DNA of 64,000 nucleotides, from the NCBI RefSeq assembly GCF_022045235.1, contig NW_027266275.1, forward strand, positions 17,236,001 to 17,300,000, written 5' to 3'. Below, piece after piece: positions 63,656-64,000 of this stretch (positions are counted from its first letter, which is position 1; every line of letters begins with the position of its first letter). The notes beneath the pieces are model-generated. The model had not been told where the DNA came from, ran no database searches, and saw only the letters and a program-made list of their open reading frames with translations. Both the position numbers and the translations under genes were made by a program. This DNA is from Haliotis cracherodii (Eukaryota).

Positions 63656-63697
63656 TTGCTTGATAAAGGTGTTGGGATCTACACCGAAACGTCGAAC
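63656..63697 (+). ncRNA. Minimal type I hammerhead-ribozyme-like motif (U3/A8 variant) in the Penelope terminus
   Basis: TTGATAA-A-GGTGT-loop-ACACC-GAAACGTC. A second copy lies on the minus strand at ~61582-61622. Confidence 0.5.
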
Positions 63698-64000
63698 TAA
63701 TTCTCGTCTTACTTCATCACGCCAACTTCTAAATGCCACTGAAAGAAGTTGGATTTACTAGTACTAGTAATCCATGAACAATTAACGTATCCTGCTATTC
63801 AATTGTCCATTAAGCAGTTGGCATTTTTGTGGACGCGAACGTACCTGTTGTATAATTCAAAACCGTTCGTTTATGAATATGCCATGTGATGAAACTTAAT
63901 GATGTCACAATATAAACTCACACGGAAAAGAAACGCAAGTCGAGTATGCAGAAAACATGTTATTTATTTTCAACAGTAAAGACAAGAAATACTAATAGGG

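Larger units (their letters stand above)
61537..63714 (+). mobile_element. Penelope-like retroelement 3' fragment (GIY-YIG) with an inverted copy of its terminus, interrupted by a Tc1 element
   Basis: GAVYHIQCDCGVSYVGETSRPLPIRIKEH...KSAISDH...RKLLEAIY/IKR..INRDQG. 61537-61950 is an inverted copy of 62195-62266 joined to 63481-63714. Confidence 0.85.

Overview
Eukaryotic, AT-rich, repeat-dense genomic DNA with two N gaps. The gene content and SINE families suggest a marine mollusc, most likely a gastropod such as abalone (inference). All recognisable host genes are on the minus strand. (1) A 3-exon secreted MACPF pore-forming protein, perivitellin-2 67-kDa-like, 570 aa, with three C-terminal Cys-rich repeats (13787-17641). 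(2) A RING + TRAF-type zinc finger + coiled-coil + CHORD-like Cys/His protein, RNF151/RNF41-like (24208-31342). Its last domain appears to be assembled from a chain of six consecutive frame-preserving 3-6 nt microexons (P, I, ID, LF, G, G), each flanked by YAG and GTAAGT and preceded by a shared TTTCAT-ended pyrimidine tract. This is the most striking feature of the window and is invisible in the ORF track. (3) A tandem array of at least three secretin-class, Methuselah/adhesion-like 7TM receptors with a somatomedin-B-like Cys-rich ectodomain and mosaic similarity between copies (40167-60997, continuing beyond the window). The rest consists of minisatellites (which produce the long spurious ORFs), four SINE-like families, several MITEs and palindromes, two decayed Tc1 elements, a decayed pogo-like element, a LINE remnant, and a Penelope-like fragment carrying variant hammerhead ribozyme motifs.
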